From contig ML996688.1 in assembly GCA_010356995.1 (NCBI GenBank), positions 1,524,579 through 1,588,578 of the forward strand: a DNA stretch of 64,000 nt, in the 5' to 3' direction. The stretch is from Trichodelitschia bisporula (Eukaryota). Shown piece after piece: positions 61,849 through 64,000 of the stretch; the stretch's first letter is position 1, and each line of letters starts with the position of its first letter. Below the pieces are notes generated by a model. It saw only the letters and a program-made list of their open reading frames with translations, had not been told where the DNA came from and searched no databases. A program made the translations under genes and the position numbers.

Positions 61849-64000
61849 CTACTCCACATTCTCCACATCCACCTTATTCTCCTCCACCCCCTGCATAACC
61901 TCATCACCCCCCTTCCCCCCCTCATCCCTTTCCTTCTTCCCCTCCCCCTCCCCCCTCGCAACCTGCTGCGCAACCGCCGCCTCCCCAACAATAGCCTCCT
62001 CAACCGCCATCTTGCGCCCGAAAACCCTCGCCCAGCGCCCCGCCCAAGTGCGCACCAAATTTCCCTCCTCCTCCCCCCCCTCACCCTCAATAATAGCCCC
62101 CTCCGTCGCCCCATTCGCAAGCCCAGAAACCGCCTCCACAATGCTGCCAAACAGCGCCCGCTCGCCCACGCGCTCCTTCTCCAGCGTATCGTCGAGGAGC
62201 TGGACCTCATTCGCCCCCAACGCGCCGCGCGCCCCCGCGACCCGCGCCTTGACAATCTGCCGCACGCGGTTCGTGACCTTGAACATCGTGACCGAGACCA
62301 TCTCATAGCGCCACCACTCGGCGAGCACGCGCCCGTCGCGCAGTGCGTCAGGGCCGAGCGCCCACTGGACCACTGACTCAGGCGTGACGATTGTGTAGTT
62401 CAGCAGCTTGTCGACGATGTTGACGGCCGTGCCTGGGTGGTAGGCCCAGTAGCTCACGACGCTTTGGATGATCTGGCGGCGCGCGGCATCGGATTGGGCG
62501 CCGATGGCGAGGAGGCGTTCCTTGCAGCGCTCGATGTTGGAGAGCACGTGGGAGAGCGACTTGGAGCCGATGAAGCAGATCGCCGTCATATAGGCATCGG
62601 TCGAGGAGACCAGCGGGTCCAGAACGCCGTGGGCCAGAGCCTGAGAGTGGATCGCATCAATAGGAACCTGGAGCTCAGTATCGGCAGCGCGCGAGCGGAG
62701 AAGCGCCAGGATCTGACGACCCTCGGCGGCATAGGGTGTGGTCTCAACATTGTACTTGAAGTCCGGGATATCCTTTTCCTTGCCGTCCGGAATCAACGAG
62801 TGATACTCAGCCGGAAGCGACTCGCGGATGCGCTTGGTAAAGCTGAGACGGATTTCCTTGTCGATAGAGCTCAAGATGAATGCCTTCTTAGGATGGACAT
62901 TTGGGCGTCCAACCTCCTCAGACCACTCAGACCACTTCCACCGGAAGTCGTAGTTGCTGATGTGGTGCGCAAACCAGTCCAAAAACCGGTACGCAAGCTC
63001 CATGTCGAGGTACTCCAGATTCTTGAACACATAGCGGATGGCACGACCCAGACTCGGCGCGATGGCGCCGGGGGAGAAGCGACAGGCCTCGATGACGACG
63101 GAATGGTAGTAGACAAGCTTGTGCTCAGGGGCGGGAAGAAGCAGAAGCTGAGAGAATACCGCGTCGATGGCGCAGTCTTCGGGCTTCCACGGAGATCGAC
63201 CCTCCTCAACGTCCTTGATCTTGTCAAACGGCACGCTGCGCCCAACGAACGTTCCCGGTGCCCAATAGAGATCGAGATCGATGAGGAATTTGGTCACAGC
63301 GATGCGGTTAAAATCCATGACGTTGATCTGGTCGACTATGACATCACGGATGAGGGAACACGCGATGTTCTCTGTCGTAGGAACAGACTAGCACAGATTA
63401 GTTGCATCCTACGGAGTCCGCAAAGTGGACCTACCTCGACCGACAGATCCGCATACAGCGAGCAGAAAGCCTCTGGGAAAACGGGCTTCGGACCCGGATT
63501 AACTGGCGAAGGAACCGTAACCGTCGGGAGGGTTTGCTTGTTGACGACGGCATCATCCGACTTATTGTAAATCCTAGGGATGCAGGCGAACGACCAGCCA
63601 AGCGTTGACTCCCTCACGAGCTGCTTCTGTAGGAGACCGATGATGCTCTGGTACTCGAAGATATTCTCGTCACCATTGCCTGGGAACGGGTTGGCGAGGT
63701 TTTCGAGAGGATGCGAAGCCGACGCGATGATATCCGTATTCTCCAGAAGATCCAGCGCCTTCTGTTCGAGGCCGGAAGAGGATGTAAGCGCATACGGGAT
63801 AGTGACGAGAATAATCTTGACAAGTTCGAGCCCAACGGCGTCTTCCTGAGAGGCAGCCTGCAAGTCCGCCGCAGTATCGAACAGCTGATCAAAGACGCTG
63901 AACACGCCGTCACCTTCCAAGATACCCTGAAGGCAGGCGAAGAAGCGAAGGAAGAACTTGAACTCGCGCCACTCGCCAGCGTCCAGGTACTCCTGCATCA
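61849..64000 (-). CDS. STO1: Nuclear cap-binding complex large subunit CBP80, 5'-truncated by the window edge
   Basis: WREFKFFLRF, VYYHSVVIEAC, IAPSLGRAIR, RFLDWFAHHISNYDFRWKW, KEIRLSF, IGSKSLSH and DKLLNYTIV. Intron 63434-63388. Confidence 0.93.

Overview
This is GC-rich eukaryotic DNA from a filamentous ascomycete (Pezizomycotina-type short GT-AG introns with CTAAC/CTGAC branch sites). I can build about 21 protein-coding gene models, most with splice junctions read from the sequence. In order: 2-hydroxyacid dehydrogenase, PHO8-type alkaline phosphatase, a small His-rich repeat protein, DUF3405, a SET-domain protein, BMT2, a PLC-like phosphodiesterase, MRPL7, a CYLD-like USP, a WD40-like protein, an orphan, a Mn-type CDF, a possible Cys-rich small protein, GSK3, GT90, a coiled-coil protein, UBC1, RPT2, cyclin H, DUF3237 and a 5'-truncated CBP80. 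I recognised no RNA gene, intact transposon or CRISPR array. The most interesting observation is a convergent gene pair, the CYLD-like deubiquitinase and the WD40-like protein. Both end in the CaaX box CVVM-stop and both carry a PPxY motif, and they are separated by a minisatellite built around TTACCCGG (Reb1-like). Other observations: a C-rich 5' to G-rich 3' switch inside many genes, a ~1.4 kb ATG-free leader before GSK3, a nested ~220 bp fold-back, and several short duplications. Family names come from recalled motifs, not database searches.
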